Virus record (IMG/VR): IMGVR_UViG_3300014205_000174
Length of the DNA: 64,000 nt
Reading direction: 5' to 3' (one strand)
Source of the DNA: a virus
Taxonomy: Duplodnaviria > Caudoviricetes
Shown piece after piece: positions 1 through 12,962 of the stretch. The position numbers and the translations under genes were made by a program. The notes under the pieces are model-generated. The model was given only the letters and a program-made list of their open reading frames with translations. It made no database searches and had not been told where the DNA came from. Numbering within the stretch: the stretch's first letter is position 1; every line of letters starts with the position of its first letter.

Positions 1-1
1 G

Positions 2-286
2 GGGATAGGATATTGGCAGAAATTTAGGGTGGATTTCCCAGACAGGTATTATAAAATGGCTATGCGGGAACATTATTATACCAGGCTAAAAGGAGAACCC
101 GTAACCATTTGTAAAGACCAATCAAAAGACGGAGGCCTTGTTTTTTTGCTGCCAAATCCAGATTATCCGCACATGAAAGACCTTTCAATGATGAAAGGTC
201 GAATGCCGGAGCCATTAATGGAGTGCAATGGCTTCTGTAGCGTAAACGATGTTGTAAATAATATTAAGAAAATAGCCAACAAATAA
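2..286 (+). CDS. 3' part of a PAPS-reductase/adenine nucleotide alpha-hydrolase-like phage protein (starts before the window)
   Basis: Frame is open from position 2 (GIGYWQKFRVDFPDRYYKMAMREH), resembling the GGxGYWxK...FP...MA..E tail of this phage family; ends with ECNGFC. Confidence 0.5.
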   Translation, partial: GIGYWQKFRVDFPDRYYKMAMREHYYTRLKGEPVTICKDQSKDGGLVFLLPNPDYPHMKDLSMMKGRMPEPLMECNGFCSVNDVVNNIKKIANK

Positions 287-293
287 CAAGGAC

Positions 294-815
294 ATGAACA
301 CATACGAAAAAGCAGCAATAGCAGTTGCAGAAAGGCGCGTACCGTACTTTCCGCTATCTGACAGAGCGATTCAATTACAAGTAGAAACCATAGAACTGGC
401 CTTGGCCTTGGGCGACAACAGCATGGATAAAATTGGGGCCAAAATTGGACATATAAGTTTTTTGTTGCTTGTTATAGCTTATAGGGTTAATGCTCAAAAA
501 TCGCTTCAAACCTACATTGACGAGGCAATGGCCAATATGGGCGTACATGACACAAACAAGCAGGACTTGCTAACAACATCCGTTTCGGATTTCGCCACTA
601 CTGTCATAAAATTGTGGGCCTCCTTAATGCCATCGCCCAAGAGCAACACAGATTCCCTTATCGGCACCTGCGCATACCTGCTTTACCAAATAAACGATGC
701 CTTCAATGATATCTATTCACGTCACTTGGAGTACAAGCGCAGTATCTTCTGGCGCATAGAGGACGCTTCCGAAAATATAGAATGCGCCGCCTTAAACATA
801 CCTATCGACAATTAA
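294..815 (+). CDS. hypothetical protein
   Basis: 173-aa ORF tightly packed between co-oriented genes. Confidence 0.6.
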   Translation: MNTYEKAAIAVAERRVPYFPLSDRAIQLQVETIELALALGDNSMDKIGAKIGHISFLLLVIAYRVNAQKSLQTYIDEAMANMGVHDTNKQDLLTTSVSDFATTVIKLWASLMPSPKSNTDSLIGTCAYLLYQINDAFNDIYSRHLEYKRSIFWRIEDASENIECAALNIPIDN

Positions 816-828
816 AATAACACCCCTG

Positions 829-2373
829 ATGTTTAACAGAGATTTTTATCCAACGCCTGACGATGTCATTGACCGTATGATATACGGGATTGATGTATCC
901 GGCAAAGTCATCCTGGAGCCCAGTGCCGGGAAGGGGAATATAGTGGACTACCTGCATGCCAATGGCGCAAAGGAAGTAATTACCTGCGAACTCAATAAAG
1001 AACTCAATATTATTCTTCAGAGCAAGAGCCGCGTTATTGCTCATGACTTCCTGACGCTAAAGTCCGATGATGTAAGCCACATAAACCTCATCATAGGCAA
1101 TCCCCCATTCAGCGCAGATGACAAGCACATTCTGCATGCGTACAACATTGCTCCGCCTGGGTGCACCGTGGTCATGCTGTGCAACTACTCTATATACAAA
1201 AACCCATATACTAAAGTTCGGGAACAACTCTGGAGCCTTATCCGTGAAAACGGGAAAATAGAAAACCTCGGTAACTGCTTTGATAATGCAGAGCGGACTA
1301 CCAATGTCGAGGTTGGCTGCATCCATTTAAAGAAGCCAGGCAACGGCTACGACCAGGAATTTGAAGGTTTTTTTATGCAGGAGGAAGTAGAGGCGCAGGA
1401 AAACGGCATAATGCCCTACAGCATCATACGCGACCTCGTAAACAGGTATGTGGCCGCAGTGAAGTTATTTGACGAGCAAACGGACATGGGCGTAAGAATG
1501 AACCAGCTCACGTCTACGTTTTTTAGCAGCGAGCTGTCCTTTTCCTGCTCCTCTGATAAAGCACCGATACTGCGCAAGGATTTTCGCAAAGACCTTCAGA
1601 AATCTGCATGGCGCTGGGTATTCAGTAAAATGAATATGCAGAAGTACACGACCAAGGGCCTGATGGACGATATCAATAAGTTTGTTGAGAAACAAAACGA
1701 TGTACCTTTTACCATGCGCAACATCTATAAAATGATAGAGATTGTGGTCAATACCACTGATAGCCGCATGGACAGGGCCATAATAGAGGTTTTTGACAAG
1801 CTGACGTCTCACTATAAGGAGAACCGGTATAATGTCGAGGGATGGGCCACGAACAGCCATTACCTTGTAAATGAGAAATTTATCATGCCTGGGCTTTGCA
1901 CGCCTGGATTTAAGGGGCAAATAGAAATAAAATCCTATCGGAGTTCAAATTACGAATTGGTAGAAGATATGGCAAAGGCCCTGTGTTTTCTTACCAGAAA
2001 AAATTATGATGAAATCATATCGCTCCAGTCCTTTATTGATTATAGGTATCTACTGATGAAGGATGGGCACATTGTAAGCAGAACAACCGAAAATTACAGC
2101 GCCTGCTTTCACAGGTTGTCGGAAGCGAAATCGGCACAGAAAAAATTCGCAGAAAACGGGGTGAATGTCAGCATACATGACCGGCAGATTTATTGGGGAG
2201 AATGGTTTGAATGGTCTTTCTTCGAAATAAAGTGCTACAAAAAGGGTACAGCCCATATGAAATTTAAAGACAGGGATATCTGGGCCTTGTTCAACCAAAA
2301 TGTGTCGCGCATCAAGGGTTACCCGCTTCCGGAAGGCGTTTTCAGAAAAGAAAAAACAAAAAAAGCAGTATAA
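829..2373 (+). CDS. N6-adenine DNA methyltransferase with DUF4942-like C-terminal domain
   Basis: DFYPTP, motif I ILEPSAGKG, motif IV IGNPPF; C-terminal FFEIKCYKKGTAHMKF. Confidence 0.85.
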   Translation: MFNRDFYPTPDDVIDRMIYGIDVSGKVILEPSAGKGNIVDYLHANGAKEVITCELNKELNIILQSKSRVIAHDFLTLKSDDVSHINLIIGNPPFSADDKHILHAYNIAPPGCTVVMLCNYSIYKNPYTKVREQLWSLIRENGKIENLGNCFDNAERTTNVEVGCIHLKKPGNGYDQEFEGFFMQEEVEAQENGIMPYSIIRDLVNRYVAAVKLFDEQTDMGVRMNQLTSTFFSSELSFSCSSDKAPILRKDFRKDLQKSAWRWVFSKMNMQKYTTKGLMDDINKFVEKQNDVPFTMRNIYKMIEIVVNTTDSRMDRAIIEVFDKLTSHYKENRYNVEGWATNSHYLVNEKFIMPGLCTPGFKGQIEIKSYRSSNYELVEDMAKALCFLTRKNYDEIISLQSFIDYRYLLMKDGHIVSRTTENYSACFHRLSEAKSAQKKFAENGVNVSIHDRQIYWGEWFEWSFFEIKCYKKGTAHMKFKDRDIWALFNQNVSRIKGYPLPEGVFRKEKTKKAV

Positions 2374-2399
2374 TTTTGGCAATAAAACAACCAAACGAT

Positions 2400-2891
2400 A
2401 TGAAAAAGACAGTGCTACTATTATTAATCATGTGCTTTGCGTGTAATGCAAACGCACAACACGATACCGCATATACCTTACCGCTGGGACAGGCTTTGCT
2501 ACTCACTTGGGACGTGAGCAAAGTTCGGCATGTGTACACCAGGTACTTTGATACAATTCCTGAGATGTCGGGCAACCTGGGTTTAACGTTGCGAACAGAA
2601 CGGGCGGGCGGGGATGGCTCAGATAACAACCCCGACACCATTTATGCCTGGAATCACTTTGAGTATATGCGATGCTGGGTGGACAAGGAAATGAATTGGT
2701 GGGATGTAGTTATGGATAAGGCATGGAACAGGTATCAGAAAAACCATTTTGCGAAAGACTATAACCAATATTCCACGGCAGCATTGAGGTACTATTATTG
2801 GAGCGGTGTCCGGGCCGGCATTCAATTGGTCATTCATGAAAGATATACTGACCCGCACTTTGATTTTGAGTTCAAAAGCAAGAAGCCGTAA
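2400..2891 (+). CDS. secreted hypothetical protein
   Basis: ATG at 2400 gives signal peptide MKKTVLLLLIMCFACNANA. Confidence 0.6.
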   Translation: MKKTVLLLLIMCFACNANAQHDTAYTLPLGQALLLTWDVSKVRHVYTRYFDTIPEMSGNLGLTLRTERAGGDGSDNNPDTIYAWNHFEYMRCWVDKEMNWWDVVMDKAWNRYQKNHFAKDYNQYSTAALRYYYWSGVRAGIQLVIHERYTDPHFDFEFKSKKP

Positions 2892-2927
2892 CCAGCACAT
2901 CAAATCATCAACTACAAACATTTTTAT

Positions 2928-4909
2928 ATGAGTATTTTTGAAGACCTGCAATCATCTGCATCGTGTATTAACATGGATTTGCAGACACTCCTGGCCGAAA
3001 CGGACGAGGAAAAGAAGAAAGTGATAGTCGAGCGCATGCAGCAGAACATTGACAGGTGCATGAAGTTATCGGTAGATGTACGCGATAATGCAGGGGCCAT
3101 ATACAACCTACTAAATAAGTTTTATCCGGTAGCGCTTAAGGATGTCACAGGGGCGCTGATTGCTGGCATGGCGCAAAACGCTCCTAAACCCTGGATAAAC
3201 AGTGGCATTAATCCGCGTAGTAGGCGTAAACGGTAAGTTTAACCGACGAAAATAACTTCAACAACATGAGCAAGAAAGCCAGAAATAAAAAAGCCACCGA
3301 CCGCTGGGAGTGGCGGGATTTGGATAGATACTTATTCGAACCTAAATTTTTAAAAGGCAATCGCAACTATTTGCGCCAGCCGCCACCGCTACGCATATTT
3401 TCAATATTTAATTTCCCGATAAAGGATTAAAATCAAGAGACTAATTATGAAAGAGAGACTACGTAACACCCCAATACCTGAAGAAACACCAGAACTAAAC
3501 TATAGAATAAAAAAGAAGATACTAAGACTATGGGATGGCGATAGGACAATATACAGAGTACAGAAGAAAGGATGGTTAGGTTGGTACTATATAGGAAAGC
3601 CATATACCACATCAGAGGCTGCTGCAAAAAATCAAATAAAAGAGCATATAAACAGGAGGCAAGCAAGAAAAACTGAAATAATACCAGCGATATGAAAGAA
3701 AAACTAATGGCTATAGCGTCATACATGGGCTACAAGACGTGGATTGCCGACAATGGGAATATTATGGCGGAAAACGCAGAAGGCGGTGCCGGACATATTG
3801 ATAGTATGTGTTTGCCATTCCAGTACCATACGAAAATAGAACTGCTTTACCCTGTGGCGGGTAAGGTTGTGAAAGAGTTGAGAGAAATGCATAGCGGTAA
3901 GGCTACCATGTGCGTATGCGACATTGAAGATGCCAACAGCCTATTTGAATCGCCACCTACAACACTTTTTGAGGCTGTTTTTGAAGGAGCGAAATTTTTA
4001 AATCAATTTTCACCACCACAAAATCAACCCAAATGACAACAATATTTACACGCGGGCCGCAGCAGCCTGACAAGAAAGAAAAGTCGATAGTATTTCAATC
4101 GTTCCTGGTGTTAGGGCACGAGCCTACAAACGGAAGATTGGCCGAAGCAATGAAATCGCCTAAAGAATACGCCAACATTGAAATAATATGTGAGGACTAT
4201 GAGCACGGGGGCAAGTCCCTGATGTTTGCATATGACACCGACAGGGCCAACGGCCATTTGTACATAGGATACGCAAATGATAAATTCGTAGAGTAGCGCC
4301 TGGATTGCAAAATAATTACTAATAAACATGAACCGACACTGCCCCCATACCAACCTTCCTTGCGAATTCGAAAACTGCTTCCTGGATTGCAGCGCAGATG
4401 ATGCCTCTATTGACTCCCGGCAGCATGCAACGCCAGCTCCCGGCAGGGGAGCCCACTACCTTCCGGCAGGGCAACCCTCTATACCGGTATCCGAACCAAA
4501 ACCAGTCAACACCGGGAAGAAATCGAGAAAGCAAATAAGGAAGGACAACCAGGTTACCGCCGATGCGTGGCGAATATCGAAACCTGAACAGCTACTGGAT
4601 ATCCAGCATATTGACCTTGTCGCATCTGAAAAGTACGAAAAACACAAGGAAAATGTGGCCCGCAGAATATCCCTGGCAATGGGCGATGGTGATTACGCAA
4701 AATATCTCCCGGCGGCAAGGGCACTGGTGCAATTCGAATACCAGGCATTTATCAGGGGCGTAATGAGCAGGGATATTATCCCGCACTTCACGCATAAGTT
4801 TGGCAAAAAAGTGTATTTTTTGCCACTTTCGAAGCCGCTGGACATCGCGCTTAAAAAATTCGGATACGCTCCGGAATATAGCAAGGAGCTCGGATATGCC
4901 GAGTATTAA
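2928..4909 (+). other. run of small co-oriented phage hypothetical genes (2928-3236, 3266-3430, 3447-3695, 3692-4036, 4033-4296, 4328-4909)
   Basis: Abutting or ATGA-overlapping ORFs with AT-rich leaders; no family motif recognised. Confidence 0.6.
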
Positions 4910-4938
4910 ATTTATATTTTAAAAAACACGCATACTAT

Positions 4939-5361
4939 ATGGAAAACAGAATTACATCGGAAAATATTACATCGCTCAAAGAAGGCGAGATATTTGTCTT
5001 CGGCTCCAACCTTTCGGGCAGACACGGCAAGTTTGCGGCCAAGCTTGCATTAAACTTTGGCGCTGTATGGGGCCAGGCTGCCGGCCTACAGGGAAACAGC
5101 TATGGCATTCCTACCAAAAACCATTCGATTACCAAAACGCTGCCTATTGACGAAATTAAACCCTATGTGGATAAATTTATCGCTGTGGCAAGGGAAAACA
5201 GCCATCTGACCTTTTTAGTTACCCAGGTTGGATGCGGGGCCGCTGGATATAAGCCAAAAGATATTGCGCCGCTCTTCCAGGAAGCCTTTGGCGTTGAGAA
5301 CATTCATCTCCCAAAATCATTCTGGCGCATCATTACCGCGCGTCACCTTAAAAAAAAATGA
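4939..5361 (+). CDS. A1S_2505-family phage protein (macro-domain-like)
   Basis: EIFVFGSNLSGRHG, GLQGNSYGIPT, FLVTQVGCGAAG motifs. Confidence 0.75.
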   Translation: MENRITSENITSLKEGEIFVFGSNLSGRHGKFAAKLALNFGAVWGQAAGLQGNSYGIPTKNHSITKTLPIDEIKPYVDKFIAVARENSHLTFLVTQVGCGAAGYKPKDIAPLFQEAFGVENIHLPKSFWRIITARHLKKK

Positions 5362-6170
5362 GCACAATGCCTGATTTCCTGTTTCAAATAAAGGGTAAAA
5401 ACGAACAGCGCGCGTGGCTATGGCCACCGCTGTGGACGGATAAGGTAACGGCCAGCGATGCCAAACAGGCCCGTTTAATGGTGGAGGAGCAGTTTGGTAT
5501 AAAAATGCCTGGACGTGTAATGCGCAAAGACATTGAAACACAGACCATCCTGCTTATTATCAAGGAAATTAAGCCAGAGGATACTTATACTTTGGCTATG
5601 TGGGATAAACACCAGTGTAAGTTGTGCGCAAAGGAGTACACGCTTGTCGAGCGCTATCAGTTAGGTTATAACGGAGGTGGGCAGGAATTTTGTTCCTACA
5701 AATGCAGCAAAGAATATAATACGGTAGCTTCTTACGTGGAAGCCTTTAACCAGAGTGGCAACGGCAAGCACCCGCCTGTTATTTATAAGGTTACCAACAA
5801 GATTAATGGCATGTGCTACATTGGCAAGACCATGCAGGCCTTTACCTTCAGGTGGTACCAGCACTTCTTCCAGGGCCGCACCAGCAAATTTCACAAAGCC
5901 ATTAAAACCTACGCATACACTGACTGGACATTTGAGGTCATAGAGATTGTGCAGCTCCCATCGGATACTAAGAACATATCCACCATGAATGATTTCATCT
6001 TCAGCCGGGAAATGCACTGGATTAACCACTATGACAGCATAAAGAATGGCTACAACTCGGTGAACTCAAAAAATGAATTCGAGGAGGAAGTAACGGATGT
6101 ACACCCAAATATTTCCAGTACTATTTTCGAATGCCTCGACAACCAACAAACTGTTGAAAACTCGCAGTAA
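5358..6170 (+). CDS. GIY-YIG nuclease with N-terminal zinc finger
   Basis: VIYKVTNKINGMCYIGKT, RWYQH, E..WI..YDS..NGYN; upstream CxxC...FCSxxC. Confidence 0.8.
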   Translation: MSTMPDFLFQIKGKNEQRAWLWPPLWTDKVTASDAKQARLMVEEQFGIKMPGRVMRKDIETQTILLIIKEIKPEDTYTLAMWDKHQCKLCAKEYTLVERYQLGYNGGGQEFCSYKCSKEYNTVASYVEAFNQSGNGKHPPVIYKVTNKINGMCYIGKTMQAFTFRWYQHFFQGRTSKFHKAIKTYAYTDWTFEVIEIVQLPSDTKNISTMNDFIFSREMHWINHYDSIKNGYNSVNSKNEFEEEVTDVHPNISSTIFECLDNQQTVENSQ

Positions 6171-6172
6171 AC

Positions 6173-6189
6173 TTGGCACACATTTTGCC
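6173..6189 (+). promoter_or_regulatory. sigma54-type -24/-12 promoter
   Basis: TTGGCACACATTTTGCC (GG-N10-GC), intergenic upstream of 6233. Confidence 0.6.
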
Positions 6190-6232
6190 ATTGTTATAAT
6201 ACGCTACAAATACATCGCTACAAATAATTATC

Positions 6233-7301
6233 ATGGATAGTCCAATTGATGTAAATAAAATACTAGAGCTGCTTTTTGATTGTGATGAGTATGCAAGTAC
6301 ACGGGATAGGCTCGCAATATCGCGAAGCGTTACTTTAAAAACACTTAGGCAACTGGGCGCTGCATTCAACTGGCATCTGTGTGAGAATGCTGTTTCTACT
6401 AAGGAGTCTGTAGCCGACTGGGTAAAACATTTTGGCCATTGGCTAAATCAACAAGGCTCCGCACCCGTCTCTATACCCACAGATAGGATATCAGCAGCAA
6501 AAAACTTCGGAATAGAACCACGCAACCTGGATAACCTACTGGCTGGTAAAGCCGATATCGGCACCGCAAGTGCATTAGGGATTACGACAACTAAACTTCA
6601 GGAGTTTTTAGATTGTCAGGCAAATGCAGACATGGGAATATTGCTGAGCACTTCAACCGCCGCATTGCAGGAGTTTTTATATAAATTAGGCAAACAAGGC
6701 GCTGTTGGCCTTATTCTCGGACTGCTTATTAAAATAAAAAAATGACCTTAAGCGATAATCAAATAGCAATTATACGGCGCATGAAAAAGGGAGAGCCATT
6801 GACTCGCTCAAAAGATTCCGGTCTTTTCTGGATAGACACCTATGACCAGGTGAAGAGCAACGTAGCCAATAGCCTTATCTACTTAAACATAATCCAGGAA
6901 GATACCGACAAGCGGGATAACTACAGTGTTTTTTATAAGCTCGACCCAACGCTTCCCGGCTAACTATGGCTTGCGCTGACACTTACATTGACCCAAGCGA
7001 ACTAGCACACAGCTTCATTTACAGCCTCCGGGCCGGCGACTCCTTTAAGTTACATGGGAAAAATATAGAGGTGGTCAAAAAATCAGCGACTGGAGCTCTT
7101 ACGCTGAATATTGAGGGTCGCGGTACAAAGCGACTGCATTTTAAATATGGGCAATACTTTGGAACCATGGGCCGTGGCGTTGATTGGTTTGATAACTACT
7201 TCAGGGACATAGAAGGAGTCATTATTGTAGACCTGCTTAACCGGTATAATCCATTTCACACGCCATCAGTCTTCAGCACTAAGCCACAAGAACATTCCTG
7301 A
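6233..7301 (+). other. three hypothetical genes (6233-6745, 6742-6963, 6966-7301)
   Basis: Overlapping or abutting ORFs; no family recognised. Confidence 0.55.
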
Positions 7302-7652
7302 ATGCTATATTGAGCAATTGCCATTTATCCATGCTGGTTAAAGCTGGCTTTTGCTCCTGCACCCACTCTGGCCCATACTTATCTTCCAGCATCACCAGTA
7401 TTTCCTTTTCCGTGTAACTATTTTCAAATTCAGAAAGACACTGCCGCTCAATGCATTCAGCCTCGTCCCTGGCTCCTATTACCTGGTTAATGCAAACAGT
7501 GCCGTCAATACCCAGCAGGGCAAATGATTTGTTCTGTTTTTTATTTACGACAGTGTAGAAAAACACGCCGGTAAATCCCTTGCTGAGCGTTGCCTTTAAA
7601 TTTTCAGTTTGTATTTCGTTCCTCATAATGGCCATAAGTTACATAAAACAAG

Positions 7653-7677
7653 AAAAACCTGCTATTCCCATAGCAGG
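7653..7677 (-). terminator. intrinsic terminator after 7702-7914
   Basis: CCTGCTAT-N4-ATAGCAGG stem, T-tract on the minus strand. Confidence 0.65.
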
Positions 7678-7701
7678 CAATAAATAAAGAAATGTGCGGT
7701 T

Positions 7702-7914
7702 TTATGCAGTAGCCGCAGGCGTAACTGCCGCAGCAGCGACCGGAGCCGCAGACATACTGCCGCCCTGATTATAACCCACTACAAAACCTAACGCAGCACA
7801 TATAAAACCTATGTGATGGGCGTACTGTGGCTTTAAAAAACGTCCACCTACTTCGCCAATCGCAAAACCAACGACTGCACCTATAGCACCATTACGCAGT
7901 TTAATGTTTTCCAT
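7702..7914 (-). CDS. small two-helix membrane protein (moron-like)
   Basis: Two Gly-rich hydrophobic segments and an Ala-rich tail; terminators on both sides. Confidence 0.55.
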   Translation of the reverse strand: MENIKLRNGAIGAVVGFAIGEVGGRFLKPQYAHHIGFICAALGFVVGYNQGGSMSAAPVAAAAVTPAATA

Positions 7915-7981
7915 AAAATAGATTTAGTGTGTTATAAAAATGTATAAGATGGCACAAATATAAATAAATTATTTTGGAAAT

Positions 7982-8005
7982 AAAAAACCCTGCATAAAGC
8001 AGGGT
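7982..8005 (-). terminator. intrinsic terminator ending the leftward operon
   Basis: ACCCTGC-N5-GCAGGGT stem with T-tract on the minus strand. Confidence 0.7.
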
Positions 8006-8034
8006 AGATATTATAAATAAATCAAGGCATTATG

Positions 8035-8358
8035 TTACTGGTTCCGATAGGCATCTATCATGTCGTAATGATTGCTGTACACCAGCGGGGATGGGGTAAA
8101 ACCGTCCGGCCCAGGGATGCCCTCATTTATCTGAAACGTAATAAAGCCAGCGCACTCCTTGGTATTTTCATCGCATTCCCGATTGTTGCCATCTTCGCTG
8201 GATACGGTCGTTTTGTGGCAATGGAACGAGCCAAATACATTCGTAGCGTGCTCAGCCAGCTCGTGGCCAAATGCAGGCCGCAGGAATGGCTTGACGTCCA
8301 TGCGGAATGGGCATTTATTGCACGGCTGCTTCATGAAATATGCATTCTCGCTACTCAT
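8035..8358 (-). CDS. Cys/His metal-binding phage protein (DUF6283-like)
   Basis: PCNKCPFR...FHCHK...CAG. Confidence 0.55.
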   Translation of the reverse strand: MSSENAYFMKQPCNKCPFRMDVKPFLRPAFGHELAEHATNVFGSFHCHKTTVSSEDGNNRECDENTKECAGFITFQINEGIPGPDGFTPSPLVYSNHYDMIDAYRNQ

Positions 8359-11300
8359 GCACCAGTTTTAATGCGTTTGCGGCCACCTCCTCAAACTTGC
8401 GCATGTCGTATGGCAGACCGTGCACGACTTTACGCATTTGCATTTCACACGACTCAAGCATAAGCCTCAACATCTTTATTTGCTCATCCTGGTTACTTTC
8501 CTGCGGCGCAAAATGTGCATGCAACTGGAGATAAAGCGCATGCAGCGTGGTGTCAGAGAAAATAATCTCATTTTTTATTTGCCGGAATGAAATATTCCCG
8601 CCAGCATCCATACGCTGCTTCACTTCTATTTTCGGCCCTATCGACTGAAGTAGGGTAAATGCCAGTGGCTCGGTGGTGTCTTTATTTTTCATATTGGTGT
8701 TTACTTGTTAAATCCCGCATGTAATGTTTTCGTTTGTCCGTCTCGTCACTTTCGTGAAACCAGGTATTCCATTTGGTACCAGGAAAGAATACGCCAACTT
8801 CTTTGTTTTTCTCTCCAAAAATTCGAATCTCCTGCACTGTCCCTATACGGGATGTCGCATGCTGAATATCATGGTTTACCTCTACTGTAAAATTACCAGC
8901 AGCGGCAGCGTTTAAAATATCTTGCATGTTCATAATGACTATGGTAGTTGTTGTGTTTGCAATTAAAGCTATTCCCAAATATTAGTATCCTGATTAAAAA
9001 CCGGTTGCTTGCCCATCCGCCCAAGCTTGTACGCATAATCCACTATATCAGAAAATGACATGCCGCTTTCATTGTAATTATGCAGACATGCGTCATGTAT
9101 AGCATCTGACGGCTCTATTTTTCCAGGGAACAAAGCATTGAGCTCCGCCTGGAGCGCAACGGCTGTGGATTCATTCATGCTGATTTCAACATCTACCTTA
9201 TGCACGTACTTTTCATGCAGGTAGATTGTTTTTTGTTTCGTTGAGTTTTCAAGTACCTGAAAGATTATGGTACTGGCTCCTTCGTATAGTGTTTTCTTTT
9301 CCATTATTAATCAATATTTATTGCGCTGCCAACAGGCGTGAGCACTAGCATTTGTTTGTTTTTAGTCACCTCTCCGCATGCGATAACTTCACGAAATAAA
9401 GGCAATACCGCATCAAAGTTTGCCGACTTGGCTTTACCAGCCTTGTATAGTTTATAGTTTACCAAGTCGTTGTGCACAACGGCATAAAGCTTCCAGCCAT
9501 CGCGCATTAACCGCAGAATTGCTTTCTGCTTTTCCGTGAGATTGATTTTATTTTCCATTTTAAATTTTCTTTTTACAGCCTGTCATATCGGTTCTACGCT
9601 GGCGTGTTAGAAAGTAATGGTGCGCCATAAACCTCCTCTGTCTGCTAAGTTTTTCTGTGCAGCATTAACTACCGCCTTACAAGCATCGTCATAATCGAGG
9701 TAATAGCAAAATGATGGGCCTTTCTCTCCGACGTATTTACCTTTCATGTGCTCAACGCTACCGCTATCTATAAGCATTATGTATCGCGGATTCCTTGGCA
9801 TCTTGCCGCCATAGTACCATGACTTTATGTGCGTGGGCGTTACCTCATGCAAATCTGCGCCTAATGGCACATTGTCAAAATCGGATAGTTGCGTTATTTT
9901 CATCTTTGGTTGTATTAAATGTTATTTGCGTTCTGACGGAGAATTATATCGTTGGTAGATGTAAAAATGCTTGCCGGTTTCTTCGGTGCACCTTTCCATG
10001 AGCGTATCCCCAAATATTTCTTTAATCTGGGTGAATGATTCGTCATGGTCTTTTTCTGAAAGACTTGGGTGAAACTTTAACTCCCATTTAATGGATTTAT
10101 CCCCCATTTCAACCTCAATAACTGCGGTTGGGAATAGTTGTCTTAGCCTTTTTTGGTAGCGGGTAATGTCCATTGTGGTGTCTTTACCCTGTGGCGCATT
10201 GCCTTTCAAAAACAAACTGGCAATTTCAGCAAAAGCCGCACCGCTTATCACTATGTAACTATTCCCTTGCCATAAGCAAAGATTTCCGCTTTGACTTATT
10301 CCGGCCTCTATCTTAGGATGCGCATTCCCTGATTCTATAAATTTAGTTTCCATTGCTAACGTGTTTTTCGTAAAAAATCAGTAAAATAACTGTTCGGTGT
10401 TTGAGTCTACTATTCTGACAAATTCATCCCTCGTTAAAGGCCTGTATCCAGCTTCATCCTTGTTAAGGTAATCCGCAACGCAATCTTTTGTAAAGCCTAT
10501 CGGAAACACCATGCCGTCTGTAGCAACGGAAATCAGGCAATACTGTTGGTTGTGCGCCCGATTTTCCTCTCCGCCAGTGCCCCCTGGGCCAAAATAGCCG
10601 AAACCAATTTTGTAAGTAACGGTGCACGCAAACGATGTGTCGATGCTGTTTTTAGGGGATGTTTCTTTTATTAGAAGCATTCCCGATTTTATGTCTTTGG
10701 GTAAAAATATATTTTTCATGTTTTATTGTTTTTAATAAACGGTGCTTTTATCTGACAAAATAAGCCTCTTTCTTTTTGCCTCTGATTTATGCATATCAAT
10801 ATACAATGATTGAAAGCATCCACCCGACTCATACCCTACATGCACATCATGGTTGGGTTGGATTGCCGACTCCTGATAATGCGTGGCCAGAGACAACCTA
10901 TCGGCGTAAGGCATATCTATAATTTTAGTTTTCTTTCGTTTCACGCGCTTACTTTTTGTTTAAATGCCCCTGTGGTTTGTAAACAAGTTCTTTTTGATGA
11001 ACTGGGCAATGCTTGCTTTCATTCATCCATTTGTTTTGTTTGGGTGTCGGGAACTTCGCGAATGACACCAATGCCCGTGATGTATAATTACACCCTTCTA
11101 TTGGACAACTCGTTGTCTTTTTATGACCTTGGTGGTGGCTCATTGCTTGTTGCTTGTTTCCGGCAAAATACCTGATTTTATACAATGCTCTTCATATAGG
11201 GTCACTAGTTGCTCATTGGTAACGATGCCGTCTGTTTTAGCCATTCTTCGCTCTTCGCATCTCCAGTATGTATTCAAGTCAATCCAATTAATGAAATTGA

Positions 11301-12945
11301 GCAGGTGTAATTTCGGGAGATTATTTTGATTGTCGTTTTCGTTTAGCATATTTCTAATTTATAAAATAGTGGTATTTAAAATGCCCCGGACGCAATTAAC
11401 CTGTAGTGCTTCTCAGTTGGCTCCAGTAAACCAACATCAAAGATATCGTCGTCAGTTTTCTTTGGGTACCGTTTAAGAAACTTTTTCTTAGCATCTTCCT
11501 CGGTGGCAGCTTTAACTGGCTGCACCGCAGTACCCAGTTTACCCATAAACCATATCGTAAAAATTGGTAGTTTTTTCATGTTGTTGTTGATGTTAAGTTA
11601 CGCGTCCTTTGCGTTTATCAATACCTCTCCATCATCTCCGGGCGAGGCGTAGTCTACGGTTATTTTACCGTCTGTATTTTCCACAGAGGATATGTCTATT
11701 ATCACTTCTGCGTCCTGGTCTAAGTGGCGCAATTCCGACATCAATTGAGATACTGTCATTTTGATTAAGTTAAAGTTGAATTTATTTATAAAATCTTGTT
11801 TTCTTTTTTTAATACTTAACAATCTTTTCTTCAAAGTCAGCAAGAGTTATCTCACCGCTATTTAATTGCAGCAGCATTGACCTGCCATGCGCAACCCCCT
11901 CGTTATAAATCTTATTGCGCTCATTTGCAATCACCTCTTTTCTTTGAGTCTCTACAGATGCAAATCCATCGCGCAATTCTGCCTGTTGCAACCCTAATGC
12001 ATCTACAATTTTCTTTAACGCATCTGCATATTTCTTTGAGATAATTACGCTTTTTGATGAAGTGGTGGCGCTACAATCCGTTAAATCTACGCGACTGGTA
12101 AACCCAACCCGCCTGGCCATCGCATCCAAAAGTTCGAAAAAAGCCTCTTCTATTTCTACACCATGGTGTTCGTGATTATAGAATCTAAGTTTATACCACT
12201 GCGCACTTGCCATTGTATAGTCCTCTGGCCGATAATCATTCCTCAATTCCTTACCAATGGTGTATACCTTAAGGCAATCGTCACATAGTTTATTAATGTG
12301 TATGCGGGGGCACTCCTTGCCGGATTTCCCACAGCCCTGGCACGGCTTTTCACCTTCGTACTTTTTCATAGTTAATTTAATTCACCACAAGCATATCTAT
12401 CCTTGTAGTATTTTCCGTTTGTCAAATATTGTTGAAACTCCTTTTCGGTAATCATAATGGCCAATTCAATAGAAACCAAACAAAAAGGAACACGCCTTAC
12501 TACCCTGCGACCACACCTGCATTCATAAATAACCTCCCGCCAATTAAAGCTAACATACCTGGCAACTACCGGCACACTATGTAAATGAATATGCAACTTG
12601 CTTTTTATGTATTCAAAAATGCTCACCATATTAGCTGTATTGAAAGTTATTTCATTAGTTTTTCAACGTTTCTTATGCTTTCTTCGTCAACAGAAACCCA
12701 TGCATCTTCATACGTGGGCAGTATTAAGGCCTGTTCGTCATAACACAAAACATGGCCCTTTTTTCTTATTATAATCCGGGATTTTTGCCAAAACATATTT
12801 ACAAACTGCTTTGCGTATTCAATCGCCGCAAGTTCGTGATTGTCCGGGTACTTCTCCAACATCTGCTTTGCCGTTAGCAAATCTTTAGACCGCGTTGGAC
12901 TTACTGTAGAATGGTTTTCCATATTTTCGTTTATACACCCTGTAA

Positions 12946-12962
12946 TGCAAATCCCGTGCCAA
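12946..12962 (-). promoter_or_regulatory. sigma54-type promoter driving the leftward block
   Basis: Minus-strand TTGGCACGGGATTTGCA, 24 nt before ATG at 12922. Confidence 0.7.

Larger units (their letters stand above)
7279..12922 (-). other. leftward block of about 18 small hypothetical genes, typical of a phage early/accessory region
   Basis: Contiguous minus-strand ORFs of 60-190 aa with abutting starts and stops, downstream of the promoter at 12946-12962. Confidence 0.65.
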